This document shows positions 26,389 through 36,583 of a stretch of DNA of 64,000 nucleotides, piece by piece. How positions within the stretch are numbered: the stretch's first letter is position 1; the number at the start of each line of letters is the position of its first letter. The stretch is taken from IMG/VR virus record IMGVR_UViG_3300045988_138147. One strand, written 5' to 3'. This DNA is from a virus. Both the position numbers and the translations under genes were made by a program. The notes beneath the pieces were generated by a model. It was not told the DNA's origin. It saw only the letters and a list, made by a program, of their open reading frames with translations, and made no database searches.

Positions 26389-26841
26389 ATGCGTCTCAAA
26401 AGAAAAGCAATAGCAGAATATCCGTTTCATGGTATATTCTACACCGTGATAACGAAAAAGCCGGAGGACGGAGACCTTCTCGGTAACGGAGGATTGCTTG
26501 ACGGTGATTTGCTAGGCGGTGAAGATACGGATGGTTCTCTCAATGCGAAAATAACTGAGAAAAACGAAGGGAATACGGAAACTTTGGAAGAAACCATCCT
26601 TCTTGAAACCGAATGCGATATACAGCAAGCCTCCAAGATGTTCAATGGCGGCACTATCATGGCAGACTATAACGTGTTTTTCCCATTAAAAAAAAGCAGC
26701 ATTTCACCTGTAAAAATTGGAGATATGTTTAGATGTCCAAAGGAAAGTTACGGAATAGGCATTAACGGTCGTGTTATAGGAATGGAAATTAGCCAGCTTG
26801 GTGGCGTGAAAGTTAACATCAAAATGAGTGAAGTAGGTTAA
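26389..26841 (+). CDS. head-tail joining protein candidate
   Basis: 150-aa ORF, tightly packed. Confidence 0.4.
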   Translation: MRLKRKAIAEYPFHGIFYTVITKKPEDGDLLGNGGLLDGDLLGGEDTDGSLNAKITEKNEGNTETLEETILLETECDIQQASKMFNGGTIMADYNVFFPLKKSSISPVKIGDMFRCPKESYGIGINGRVIGMEISQLGGVKVNIKMSEVG

Positions 26842-26843
26842 GT

Positions 26844-27305
26844 ATGGCAAAGACCAAGCAAAGTGCAATCACCCGTATTGTTGATTTACTCGCAAACGAG
26901 GGACAGAAGATAGTGGCTAAGGAACTGGCTAAAGTTTCCTATACCTACCGAAGCCTCAATTTGAGAGATAGTTACGGTTGGGGAGTATATGTTGACGGAA
27001 AGCTTGCCAGAAAGGGATATACCGCCAGCTCTCCCGGAATAAAGAAAAAATGGTATGGTGAGGAAATTACCGGTTATGAAGCAGTGGTTGAATACTTGGA
27101 ATCCAAATATAAGCCACATCCGGGAATTGATTTGGTAGTTGTAGCCGCCATGCCTTACGGAGAAATACTACAAAATGCAGAAGGTAACGTGAAGAAGAAA
27201 TATGAAGTGATAGCAGTGGCACGTAATGAAGTTAAGGCATTATCACGGAAATTCAAGAACGCGAAGTTCGGCATTATCAGTCACGGTAAACAAGACAATA
27301 TATGA
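26844..27305 (+). CDS. head-tail joining protein (HK97 gp10-like pattern)
   Basis: SLNLRDSYGWGVY resembles the gp10-family motif; position. Confidence 0.45.
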   Translation: MAKTKQSAITRIVDLLANEGQKIVAKELAKVSYTYRSLNLRDSYGWGVYVDGKLARKGYTASSPGIKKKWYGEEITGYEAVVEYLESKYKPHPGIDLVVVAAMPYGEILQNAEGNVKKKYEVIAVARNEVKALSRKFKNAKFGIISHGKQDNI

Positions 27306-27700
27306 ATGATTTATATAAAACTGGCAGCATGATAGAGAATTTTCTATCCATGTTACTTACAAAAGCAAAGATTTCATCAATAATCTCTTTTGATGAAACA
27401 CCGCTGACAATAAGTAGTGACAGCACGGACATGATCGTTGTAGATGTTCTTAGCGTGAATGATTACGGAGGAGAGGCGAAATGTTCCGCCAACATATTCC
27501 TCTATGCGAAGTCCACGGACAGTTTGGGATCAAAGCCAGTAAAAAAACTGTTCGACATGGAAAAAACACTATTCTCGGCAATTGACCAATCCAACGACAA
27601 GCATTTCGTCATAACAAGCTGTGAACTGATAGGGAAAGAAAGTAAAAATTCCGGAAACTTCTATTGCAATGTGTACAATATCGGGATAACAATAAGATAA
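27302..27700 (+). CDS. tail completion/terminator candidate
   Basis: 132-aa ORF, 4-nt overlap with the previous gene. Confidence 0.4.
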   Translation: MNDLYKTGSMIENFLSMLLTKAKISSIISFDETPLTISSDSTDMIVVDVLSVNDYGGEAKCSANIFLYAKSTDSLGSKPVKKLFDMEKTLFSAIDQSNDKHFVITSCELIGKESKNSGNFYCNVYNIGITIR

Positions 27701-27732
27701 ACAGATTATTAACAAGATAACACTTTTTAATT

Positions 27733-28308
27733 ATGGCAGTAAACAATACTGGCGCAACAGCCAAAAAATTTATCAAACCTTCTTACATCGTGGCAACTCT
27801 GTTCACTGGTACTGAAGAAGACGATGTGCCAAAGGGTGACTCTTACATTCTTGAAGATGTAGTTGAAGACACCACTTCAATCGCTCAAGACGATAATGAT
27901 GTAAACGACATCGAGTGTGAAACTTCCGACAGTCCTATTCTTTCCATCGTGAAACTCGGCAAATACCAATTTACAGCTGAGGTCGCAGATACACAAAAAG
28001 ATCTGCTAATCGCTCTCATGGGATTTACGGCTGGAACTACTGTTTCTACCAAATACTTTGCTCCTGCTCAATACAAGAAATTGTATGCAAAGATTGACGT
28101 AGTGTTTGAGGAAGGGGAAACGATGACAGCATTTGTGGTTCCAAAATTACAACTTAATTCCAAGCTAATGCTTGAATCATTAAACTCCAATATTGGACGT
28201 ATCAGTCTTGCAGGAACAGCGTATGATGCAAATGTCGCCGATGGAGCAAAGACTATCAGAACTCCGTTTTATGTGGATTCCGCTTATACCCTACCATCGG
28301 CAGGATAA
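27733..28308 (+). CDS. major tail (tube) protein candidate
   Basis: 191 aa, directly upstream of the chaperone pair and tape measure. Confidence 0.55.
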   Translation: MAVNNTGATAKKFIKPSYIVATLFTGTEEDDVPKGDSYILEDVVEDTTSIAQDDNDVNDIECETSDSPILSIVKLGKYQFTAEVADTQKDLLIALMGFTAGTTVSTKYFAPAQYKKLYAKIDVVFEEGETMTAFVVPKLQLNSKLMLESLNSNIGRISLAGTAYDANVADGAKTIRTPFYVDSAYTLPSAG

Positions 28309-28380
28309 CCCATAATAGATAAGAAGATTGTTTTACAGGGCGGTAGGCTGGATATGCCGCCGCCCTTCATGCTTATAATC

Positions 28381-28917
28381 ATGGCAGTATATAGAGCAAA
28401 GAAAAAAGATACACAACCAAAGAAAGACGCTGTAACAGCTCATACTCCTGTATCCAATGAATCAATGGAGCGTTTGGCAAGGATAATGAACGACAGCCCA
28501 AGTATTATGAAACTCCACGGTACGGAGTGGTGTATCAAAGGATTAAAGCCCGGTGTTCAATGGCTTATAGCCGAACAAGCGTGCCGGATCGTCAAAGGAG
28601 AGAAACTGAGCATGGGAGATGTTATCAAGGAGTTTGCAGTAAATCTACCAGCAGTGGCACATGTAATAACGCTTGCACTTCTCAATGACAAGGACAGGAT
28701 ATTCTCTGATTATGAGAAAAAAGAACTTTCAGATGACTACCACAAAGTCTATGACCTTCTAATGTGGGGGGAATACGACATAAAGGATTGGGCTTTATTG
28801 CTCGGTGAAATCCTTAACCTCATAAGCACGGATTTTTTTTTCGAGAGTATCAATGTGATTCAGACCGTGAGGGAGATGACACTGGCAAGGAAGATGAAGA
28901 AAACGGAACAAAGCTGA
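28381..28917 (+). CDS. tail assembly chaperone (G-like, zero frame)
   Basis: Position before the tape measure. Start taken at ATG 28381, because the first ATG (28354) lies inside hairpin 28337-28366. Confidence 0.6.
   Translation: MAVYRAKKKDTQPKKDAVTAHTPVSNESMERLARIMNDSPSIMKLHGTEWCIKGLKPGVQWLIAEQACRIVKGEKLSMGDVIKEFAVNLPAVAHVITLALLNDKDRIFSDYEKKELSDDYHKVYDLLMWGEYDIKDWALLLGEILNLISTDFFFESINVIQTVREMTLARKMKKTEQS
28833..28841 (+). promoter_or_regulatory. slippery T9 run for -1 programmed frameshift
   Basis: T_TTT_TTT aligned to zero-frame codons 28834-28839; the -1 frame is open from 28818 to 29159. Confidence 0.5.
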
Positions 28918-29159
28918 TAATATCCCGTACCGAATGGGGGCAGATGATTGATTTTCTGCGCTCCAACACTTGGTGCTCTCGTGAAGAATATTTATGGGAA
29001 ATGACGGTCGGGCAAGTCCGGTTAAGCTCGTTTGATTTTTCCCATGTAGAATACGGAAATAAGGATAAGAAAAAGAAGAAGGTCAACAAGATAAGTTCGG
29101 TTGACGATTTGAAGAATTTGAATGATTTGGGTATGCCCATAATTAATAAAAAAGGATAA
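28839..29159 (+). CDS. -1 frame extension of the tail assembly chaperone (GT-like; ORF track lists 28944..29159)
   Basis: The frame is -1 relative to 28381..28917 and overlaps it by about 100 nt; ends 5 nt before the tape-measure start. Confidence 0.5.
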   Translation, partial: FREYQCDSDREGDDTGKEDEENGTKLIISRTEWGQMIDFLRSNTWCSREEYLWEMTVGQVRLSSFDFSHVEYGNKDKKKKKVNKISSVDDLKNLNDLGMPIINKKG

Positions 29160-29163
29160 CGAT

Positions 29164-32100
29164 ATGCCAGATAATGAAGCAGGAGCATTCCTCAACATAA
29201 CACCCGATGTATTAAAGAAGTTGGACAGTTTCGATGAGAAGCTGGAGAAGATAGAGAAACATGCACATACGGCTGCGGATGCGTTGAAAAACGGGTTTGG
29301 CAGTGTGGTAGTAGATACTTCCAAATTGGAGAGCGCAATCGCTTCGTTAGCCAGCAAGATAAGTTCGATTGGGTCTAAAGGGAATCCGTTTGAGGGAGTA
29401 AGTAAAGGAGCTGGAGATACCGAAAAGAAAACCACATCCATGAACGAAAGCCTTTCACGTGCAGCAGATTTACTGAATCGGATAGGTGATAAAAAAATAG
29501 GGCAAGGTTCGTTTAGCGGATGGAATATAGCCGGACTGAAAGAAAGTATTTCTGACTTGAAAAAGTTTGTTGAGAATACACAGACTATTTCAAAACAACA
29601 GCAACAGACGGCCGTTAATGCCATGCGTTACATGAAAATGGAGCTTGACTACCAACGCCAAACTGACGAACAGAGAGTACAATCGGCAGAGAAAACCGCA
29701 CAACGAAAAGAAGCAGCCGATAGGCGTGCGGCAAAAGCAGCAGAACAATTAGCGAGACAGCAAGAAATAGCTCAACGTACTACGCCGCAAGGTGCATTGG
29801 ACTATTCAAGAAACGCCAAATATTTGCGTGACCAAGTAACAGCCATAAACTACTTGAAGCAGGCTCGTTTGTCTTTAAACACTACAGATGCCAACTACAG
29901 GCAGACACTTGAACAGATAAACCAAGCCATCGCCAAGCACAACCAAGCCTTGCAGCAAGCAGGAGTACAATCGCAGCAACTGGCCACACGCCACCGGAAC
30001 CTAATGGATACGGCTGGGCAATTAAGCCGTCAGCTTGCCTTGGTGTTCTCCGTATCACAGATTGAAGGGTATATCAGTAAGTTGGCAAATGTACGTGGAG
30101 AATTTGAATTACAGCAGCGTTCCTTGGAAGCCATTTTACAGAATAAAGCGCAAGCAGACCAGATATTCAACAAGACCGTCCAACTTGCTGTAAAATCGCC
30201 ATTCCAAATTAAGGAACTGGTTACATTCACAAAACAGCTTGCAGCATACCGTATTGAATCGGATAAGTTATATGACACGACAAAACGACTTGCCGATGTA
30301 TCCGCTGGTTTAGGTGTTGATATGGGCAGACTTATTCTTGCTTATGGGCAGGTCAAAGCGGCAGCGTATTTGCGTGGTACGGAAGTTCGTCAGTTTACGG
30401 AAGCAGGTATCAATTTGTATGGAGAATTGCAACGCTACTTTGAAGAAGTTAAAGGCGAAGCATATACCACTGCCCAAATTGTGGATATGATTTCAAAACG
30501 AAAAGTAACCTTTGAAGATATTGAGAACATCTTCAAACGGTTAACTGACAGCGGAGGATTGTTCTACAATATGCAGGAAATTCAAGCCGAAACTTTGCAG
30601 GGTAAAATTTCCAACTTGAAAGACAGTATTGATGTGATGCTTAACTCTATCGGTAAGGCTAACGAAGATACACTGAAAGGTTCTATTGATTCTATTAAGG
30701 TATTGATTGATAATTGGGAAACAGTTGTCGAAGTGGCAAAAGCGTTTGGCATTGTAGTTGGTTCAATGGTTTTACTCCCTAAGATAAAAGCCGCTGCAAA
30801 TGGAGTTAGCTTGCTTTCCTTTGCTTTTACAAAAGCAGAAACCGCATTACGTTCTTTGGGATTAGCGTTCAAAACATCATTTCCGTTAATAGCACTTGGA
30901 GCGGCTTTACAACTTGTTAATGAGTTGTGGAATGTGCATTCTCAATACAACAAAATGTTACGAGAAAGTAGCAATAAATATTATACAGCTCAGTTAAGAA
31001 TAGGAGAAATAGACGAAATAGCTAAAAATGATACAAGAAAAGCGTTATCATCCCTTGTAAAAGAGATGAATAATGAAGGATTTGAAATAGAGATAAAGCC
31101 TAATATATCAGAAAAAGAAGCAAAAGAACAGTTTGAAGAGTATAAAAAACAATATACAGGATTCTTGGAAGATATTAGGAAGATTGAAGCCAACTATGCA
31201 GAAAACAGAAAGAAAGGATGGCTGATAGGTAATGATGATATTGAAACAGATTTAGACGAATACGAAAACGCTTTCTATGACTTTATAGCGAAGGGTAACA
31301 AAATACAAGCTGAATTATTAAGGATTTCAGAAGAATCAACCTCCTTAGGCAAAGGAGCAAAAGAATACATACAAGAACTAGTAAAAGGAAAGAAAGAAGG
31401 AGAGAATTTAATTGACTACTACAAAAGACTTGCAGACTACTTGGAGAAGTTACAGAATGGTGTTCTTTTTGCAGGTAAGAAAAGTTCTATCGCCAGCTCA
31501 TTTCTTGGAACAAAGAAAGATTTGGAGAAAGATAAAGAAGAAGCAACTAAAGAAATACGTGAAATCTTTGATTCCGTAAATGATGAGGTAATAAAAGGTA
31601 ATAAAACAAGAGAACAATTTAAGATTTTAATAGATAAAGGAGATTTTTCCAAACAATGGTCTGATATAAAGAAGCAACTTGCATACGATATATATAACTT
31701 GGGAGATATAAAAGTTCCTCTTAGACCAGGAATAAATCAAGAAGATCCTCAATCAAACCCCAAACATGAACGTGACATATTAGCAGAACGCATTTCTCTT
31801 ATCAAAGAACTTAACAAGGAATACGAGAAGCTGAATAAGGTAATGGGCAGCGATAAGGCAGCTAAGACAGTCATGGAACGCTACGCATCCCAATTGAAAG
31901 ATGTTCAGATGCCTAAAAATATCATAGGGGAAGCATTCTTGCCTAATAAGGAAAATACGGCAAAGGCTTTGCAGGAACTTGCAAAGATTATTACTGACTT
32001 TAGGAAGAAGATAGGAGCACAAAAAGATGCTAATGTCTTGTTTGACGAAAAGGATGCAGATGATTTTAAAAAGCAGCTAGACAAAACTAAAGATAACATT

Positions 32101-34533
32101 GAATCCATGTTCAACAGCTTAGACTTACACCAGAAGCTGAAAGATGCAGGACTGTCCGAAGCCGAAGTGCAGGCTTTGTTCCCCGGACTTGCCAAGACCT
32201 TGGACGATGTGCAGAAAGGGATTGAAGCAGAATATCAGAAGAAATTTCCGAAAGGCGAATACCTTATTGCTGATACCGATGCCAACAAGCAATATTTAGC
32301 AGACTTAAACAAGCTGAACCAGCAGCGTATAAAGGACAGTCAAGACCTTGTTATCGAACTGACTAAAGCTTATAAAACACAGCTTTCAGATCAGTTGCAG
32401 TTAGATATGTGGTATTATAAAGAAAGAAGCAAAATTTATACAAAGGTCTATGATGAACAAACAAAGACGTTTAAGGATGTGCTTACAAAAGAAATGCAAG
32501 AACAATACAGCAAAAATTTGAAAGCACAATATGACAAGAAATCGTCTGAAAATACATGGAAGGCATTTAAGGGTACAGATACCTATATGAATATGTTCGA
32601 CAACTTGGAAAACGTTTCAACAAAAGCCATTGAGAATATGAAAGCCAAACTTGAAACGTTAAAAGAGCAGATGAAGAATCTTGATCCATCCCAGCTAAAG
32701 GAAGTAATGAACTTCTACAACAAAATGGATGAACAACTTTCTAAGAGAAGTCCGTTGGATTCTTTTATAACATCATACAAAGAAATAAAAAAACTAAGTG
32801 AACAAGGCAGAACGGAAGATTTTCTCAATATGGATATTCTTAACAGAGAAAAACAGAATATTTCATTAGAGAAAGAAATATCTGCCATGAAAACCATTAT
32901 CGAATTAAAAAATGGTTCTATAAATAAAGATGCAGTCGGTATTGATTTTCTTGAAAAAAACAATGCTTTATTAAGCCTGTCCATTTCAGACCTTAAACAG
33001 CAAATAACCTTAAAGGAATCTTTGATAAATAATAATAAATCCACTATATCCTTAGATGAAAACGACCTAAAAAAATTTGATAAGGCAAGAGCCAATCTGT
33101 CGAATATGCAGGACGCATTTGAGCAGATAAGGAATATAGGGAAGCAGGCTATGGGGAGCATAGTGTCTATTCTTGAAACGATGGGGGAAGACACCGATAG
33201 CACAAGTATGAGGTTGTTAAACATGGTCGGGACTATTGGAGATTTGATTGTGCAAGCGGTAATGTTCCAATTGCAGTTAAAACTATGCGCAGCAGCGGCA
33301 ACAGCTATGGGTGTTGCCATGAATGCTGCATTAGGACCAATTGGATGGGTACTAATTGCATTACAAGCTGTAGCCACCATTCTTTCATCTATATTCGGCA
33401 ACCATGACAAAGATTTACAAAAAGAAATAGAAGAACATGAAAGAAAGATAAAGAAGCTGGAACGTGAATACGACAAGCTAAAAGAGAGTATAGACAATGT
33501 ATGGGATATAACAAAGCTACAAGAATATGGGAATGAACTTGATGAGAACATAAACAAACAGATAGTATCTCTCAATGCCATGATAGCCGCCGAAAGAGAT
33601 AAGAAAGATACTGACTGGGATAAAATAAACGAATGGCAGGAACAGATTGAAGATCTCAGGGATACTTTGGCTGACAGTGCTAATGACATGATAGCGGAGC
33701 TTGGCGGTGTAGGTTCCGATGAAAATTTCAAAACATTGGCTGAGAATTTTGCATCGGCATGGTTGGAAGCGTTTCAAGAAACAGGGGATGGCTTGTCTGG
33801 ACTTCAAGAAAGTTTTGATGATTTTATGGAAAACTATGTAAAACAACAGATACTTCTAAGATTATCTGACAAGTTCTTAAAACCTATGTTTGAAGAATTT
33901 GACAGTCTAATTGCAACAAGAACAGATATGGAGCAAGAGGATCAAGAAAGGTATTTTGAACTTCAAGCCCAAATAACCAAGCTAAGAAACACAGCCAATA
34001 ATTCGGTTGTGAAAAGTGTCGCAAAAAAGGCAAATGCCGCTGCTGATGAGATAGAAAATAGTGAGGAATATAAAAGACTTCAAAAGGCATATACGGATTT
34101 TTTAAAGCCGAATGATATTAATACCGAAGCCATCAAAGACTGGTCTGACAAGATGAAGGAAGTGTTTGGTGAATATAACGAGGCGGCAGAAGAAATTTTT
34201 AACCAAATAGGATGGGAACCCGGAGGTAAAGCAAATCTGTCCGCTCTCACCCAAAGCATACAAGGTATAACAGAGACTACTGCCGAGGCACTTGAGGCAT
34301 TACTAAACTCTATCAGATTCTTTGTAAACCAGCAAACTACTGATATAACAGCTATCAGAAATCTGTTAGAAGCTCGATATAGTTTAGAATCACAAGCTGA
34401 AACAAACCCCATGCTAATTGAATTGAAAGCGCAGACGGGATATTTGGAGATTATTTCAGATAGAATAGACCGTGTATTCGCACCAAATTCAAATTCAAGG
34501 GGAGCAGGACTAAGAGTATTCATAAGTGACTAA
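29164..34533 (+). CDS. tape measure protein
   Basis: 1789 aa, long coiled-coil regions, internal hydrophobic segments (AAAATAMGVAMNAALGPIGWVLIALQAVATIL), follows the chaperone pair. Confidence 0.85.
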   Translation: MPDNEAGAFLNITPDVLKKLDSFDEKLEKIEKHAHTAADALKNGFGSVVVDTSKLESAIASLASKISSIGSKGNPFEGVSKGAGDTEKKTTSMNESLSRAADLLNRIGDKKIGQGSFSGWNIAGLKESISDLKKFVENTQTISKQQQQTAVNAMRYMKMELDYQRQTDEQRVQSAEKTAQRKEAADRRAAKAAEQLARQQEIAQRTTPQGALDYSRNAKYLRDQVTAINYLKQARLSLNTTDANYRQTLEQINQAIAKHNQALQQAGVQSQQLATRHRNLMDTAGQLSRQLALVFSVSQIEGYISKLANVRGEFELQQRSLEAILQNKAQADQIFNKTVQLAVKSPFQIKELVTFTKQLAAYRIESDKLYDTTKRLADVSAGLGVDMGRLILAYGQVKAAAYLRGTEVRQFTEAGINLYGELQRYFEEVKGEAYTTAQIVDMISKRKVTFEDIENIFKRLTDSGGLFYNMQEIQAETLQGKISNLKDSIDVMLNSIGKANEDTLKGSIDSIKVLIDNWETVVEVAKAFGIVVGSMVLLPKIKAAANGVSLLSFAFTKAETALRSLGLAFKTSFPLIALGAALQLVNELWNVHSQYNKMLRESSNKYYTAQLRIGEIDEIAKNDTRKALSSLVKEMNNEGFEIEIKPNISEKEAKEQFEEYKKQYTGFLEDIRKIEANYAENRKKGWLIGNDDIETDLDEYENAFYDFIAKGNKIQAELLRISEESTSLGKGAKEYIQELVKGKKEGENLIDYYKRLADYLEKLQNGVLFAGKKSSIASSFLGTKKDLEKDKEEATKEIREIFDSVNDEVIKGNKTREQFKILIDKGDFSKQWSDIKKQLAYDIYNLGDIKVPLRPGINQEDPQSNPKHERDILAERISLIKELNKEYEKLNKVMGSDKAAKTVMERYASQLKDVQMPKNIIGEAFLPNKENTAKALQELAKIITDFRKKIGAQKDANVLFDEKDADDFKKQLDKTKDNIESMFNSLDLHQKLKDAGLSEAEVQALFPGLAKTLDDVQKGIEAEYQKKFPKGEYLIADTDANKQYLADLNKLNQQRIKDSQDLVIELTKAYKTQLSDQLQLDMWYYKERSKIYTKVYDEQTKTFKDVLTKEMQEQYSKNLKAQYDKKSSENTWKAFKGTDTYMNMFDNLENVSTKAIENMKAKLETLKEQMKNLDPSQLKEVMNFYNKMDEQLSKRSPLDSFITSYKEIKKLSEQGRTEDFLNMDILNREKQNISLEKEISAMKTIIELKNGSINKDAVGIDFLEKNNALLSLSISDLKQQITLKESLINNNKSTISLDENDLKKFDKARANLSNMQDAFEQIRNIGKQAMGSIVSILETMGEDTDSTSMRLLNMVGTIGDLIVQAVMFQLQLKLCAAAATAMGVAMNAALGPIGWVLIALQAVATILSSIFGNHDKDLQKEIEEHERKIKKLEREYDKLKESIDNVWDITKLQEYGNELDENINKQIVSLNAMIAAERDKKDTDWDKINEWQEQIEDLRDTLADSANDMIAELGGVGSDENFKTLAENFASAWLEAFQETGDGLSGLQESFDDFMENYVKQQILLRLSDKFLKPMFEEFDSLIATRTDMEQEDQERYFELQAQITKLRNTANNSVVKSVAKKANAAADEIENSEEYKRLQKAYTDFLKPNDINTEAIKDWSDKMKEVFGEYNEAAEEIFNQIGWEPGGKANLSALTQSIQGITETTAEALEALLNSIRFFVNQQTTDITAIRNLLEARYSLESQAETNPMLIELKAQTGYLEIISDRIDRVFAPNSNSRGAGLRVFISD

Positions 34534-34563
34534 TTAATTTAATACATTTAAATAATCATTCTG

Positions 34564-35037
34564 ATGGTAAGAGATAGTATAACGACCCAAGCCATACCGG
34601 GTGGCTTCTCCGTAATAGTAAGCGGTTTTATAGCAGAATCATTGGAGCACATGATACCTTGGATTATTGTATCATTTGCAGTAGTGATATGTGATTTGGC
34701 TTTTGGAATAAGGAAAAGCCTTTTAATGGGCGAAAAGGTTCGTTTCTCTAGTGCAATACGCCGCACAATGGGTAAACTTGTAACCTACTTCGCCTTTGTT
34801 TGTATGGTTGTCATGATAAACATTGCATCCGGCAGCAAATGGGATATAGACATATACTCCTGTTTGTTAGTTTGCTTCATTGAATTTTGCTCTATCATAT
34901 CAAATATATTGAAGCCCAAAGGATACAGCTTTAATATGCTTAAGGCGTTAGGTCTGTTTGGTAAGAAGGTGCTTGATGTAGAAAAAGAGGATATAAATGA
35001 AATAATAACAGAAAATAAAAAGGAGGAAAAGAAATGA
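34564..35037 (+). CDS. holin (phage_holin_4-like pattern)
   Basis: Multiple TM helices, EFCSIISNILKPKG motif, charged C-terminal tail, adjacent to the endolysin. Confidence 0.6.
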   Translation: MVRDSITTQAIPGGFSVIVSGFIAESLEHMIPWIIVSFAVVICDLAFGIRKSLLMGEKVRFSSAIRRTMGKLVTYFAFVCMVVMINIASGSKWDIDIYSCLLVCFIEFCSIISNILKPKGYSFNMLKALGLFGKKVLDVEKEDINEIITENKKEEKK

Positions 35038-35039
35038 GT

Positions 35040-35492
35040 TTAATTGATTTTATTTTTATTGCGCCTTTTGCACTTTATGCCATAATCTACGCATTTTCGG
35101 TAAAAGAATCCTGTAATTCCGATGAATCCATAGAAATATGACGTGCATTTAAGCGCTATTCTTAATACATATTCATGCCCGTTTAAATAGCTTTCTGGCG
35201 AACGCAGTAAAAGAAATGCAGCTGTCAATGTTGGCATAATAAGTATAGGTATTTCCATATTAAACCTGTATCGGGAACAAACGGAGCATAAACATAACAA
35301 ACAAAAAGAATAATAAATAGATAATGTAGACGCAGATATGGCAAAAATTACTTGCAAATAAAGCTCTAAGGATTTAAAAGCAGGTATGTATAAATACATT
35401 ATAGTAAATATTAATGGTAGTTGGATGAGAAAAGCACTGAACACATTTTTCTGTTCAGGAGTATAGCTTCTAATAAGTTCTGATAAGTCCAT
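35040..35492 (-). CDS. polytopic membrane protein, antisense to the lysis genes
   Basis: About four hydrophobic helices, basic C-terminus; opposite strand between holin and endolysin. Confidence 0.5.
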   Translation of the reverse strand: MDLSELIRSYTPEQKNVFSAFLIQLPLIFTIMYLYIPAFKSLELYLQVIFAISASTLSIYYSFCLLCLCSVCSRYRFNMEIPILIMPTLTAAFLLLRSPESYLNGHEYVLRIALKCTSYFYGFIGITGFFYRKCVDYGIKCKRRNKNKIN

Positions 35493-35551
35493 ATTTTTTG
35501 CGACAAAAATAATAGTAATTTTATAATTTAAAGATAAGGAGGAAAAGAAAA

Positions 35552-36130
35552 ATGGCTAATATTGAACATTTCATACCATTTCTTATAAAATGGGAAGCTG
35601 GTATAAGTAAGAAAAGCAATGAAACCAATGAGTCTCTTTTTCAAAGAGCAAGAAAAACAGGATGGGCTGATGATCCCGATGATTTAGGAGGACAAACTAT
35701 GGTAGGTGTGACAATGGCTACCTATGAGGAATATTGTCGTAGAAAAGGTTATCCAAAACCTACGACCGGAAGGTTGATGGATTTGTCATATAACGATTGG
35801 AAAAGTATCTTGAAGATGTTGTATTGGGATAGATGGAATGCGGATGAAATAAGAAGCCAAAGTATAGCAGAGATAGTATGCGATTTTGTATGGGCTTCTG
35901 GGGTACATGGTATTAAAGTACCGCAGGATTTGGTTGGTGTGATTCCTGATGGCATTGTCGGGCCTAAGACACTCGCCGCAGTAAATTCCCGTAATCCCCG
36001 TGAATTGTTTGACCAGATCAAGATTGCACGGTTTGATTTCATCGAGGATATATGCCGGAAACGTCCTGCAAACAATAAATTCAAACGGGGCTGGATGAAC
36101 CGTATAAATGATATAAAATTTGAGGAATAA
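35552..36130 (+). CDS. endolysin, GH108-type muramidase with PG_binding_3-like C-terminus
   Basis: KWEAG...DDPDDLGGQTMVGVT (GH108 signature) and C-terminal RGWMNR motif. Confidence 0.85.
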   Translation: MANIEHFIPFLIKWEAGISKKSNETNESLFQRARKTGWADDPDDLGGQTMVGVTMATYEEYCRRKGYPKPTTGRLMDLSYNDWKSILKMLYWDRWNADEIRSQSIAEIVCDFVWASGVHGIKVPQDLVGVIPDGIVGPKTLAAVNSRNPRELFDQIKIARFDFIEDICRKRPANNKFKRGWMNRINDIKFEE

Positions 36131-36217
36131 CATAAAACAATAAGGCGTTCTTTGACATGATGGGATTGTAGTAGAAAAAAAGTTATCATTTTACTTGTGT
36201 AATAGTAGAATAATAGT

Positions 36218-36225
36218 TATCTTTG
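36218..36225 (+). promoter_or_regulatory. -7 promoter element TATCTTTG
   Basis: Matches TAnnTTTG, upstream of hicA. Confidence 0.45.
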
Positions 36226-36282
36226 TGGCGTTAATCCATGCAACTAACAATAGTTGTTTCAGTGAAACTAATTTTTTTAGAA

Positions 36283-36498
36283 ATGAAAGTTTTAAAAGTA
36301 AAAGTTGTAATGACTATCTTGGAAGCGAATGGATGGATACATGTTCGGACAAGAGGGGACCATTGGATTTATAGAAAAGAGGGTGAGGCTCGTCCTATCC
36401 CCGTTCCTGGGAATCCCAATGATGATCTTGCTATCGGAACATTGAAATCAATATTTCGGCAAGCCGGAATAACGGATGAGGACTTGAAGAATTATTGA
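36283..36498 (+). CDS. hicA: HicA-family toxin
   Basis: LEANGWIHVRTRGDHWIYRKEGEARPIPVPGNPNDDLAIGTLKSIFRQAGI; start taken at ATG 36283. Confidence 0.8.
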   Translation: MKVLKVKVVMTILEANGWIHVRTRGDHWIYRKEGEARPIPVPGNPNDDLAIGTLKSIFRQAGITDEDLKNY

Positions 36499-36583
36499 AC
36501 GTCCATTAAGGGGCAGGGTAATTTAACCCTGCATCCTTTTATTGGATTGGGAATGATAAAATAACCCTTAAAAAATAAGAGAT

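Noticed and set aside
29022-34523. Long antisense ORFs inside the tape-measure gene (e.g. 32715..33731, 29022..29624, 34080..34523)
   Set aside because: These are shadow frames of a long, compositionally biased gene. Their sequences are low-complexity Ser/Phe/Leu-rich and they have no independent signals. The same applies to the antisense ORFs within 8489..12103, 15509..19528, 19529..21052 and the recombinase genes.
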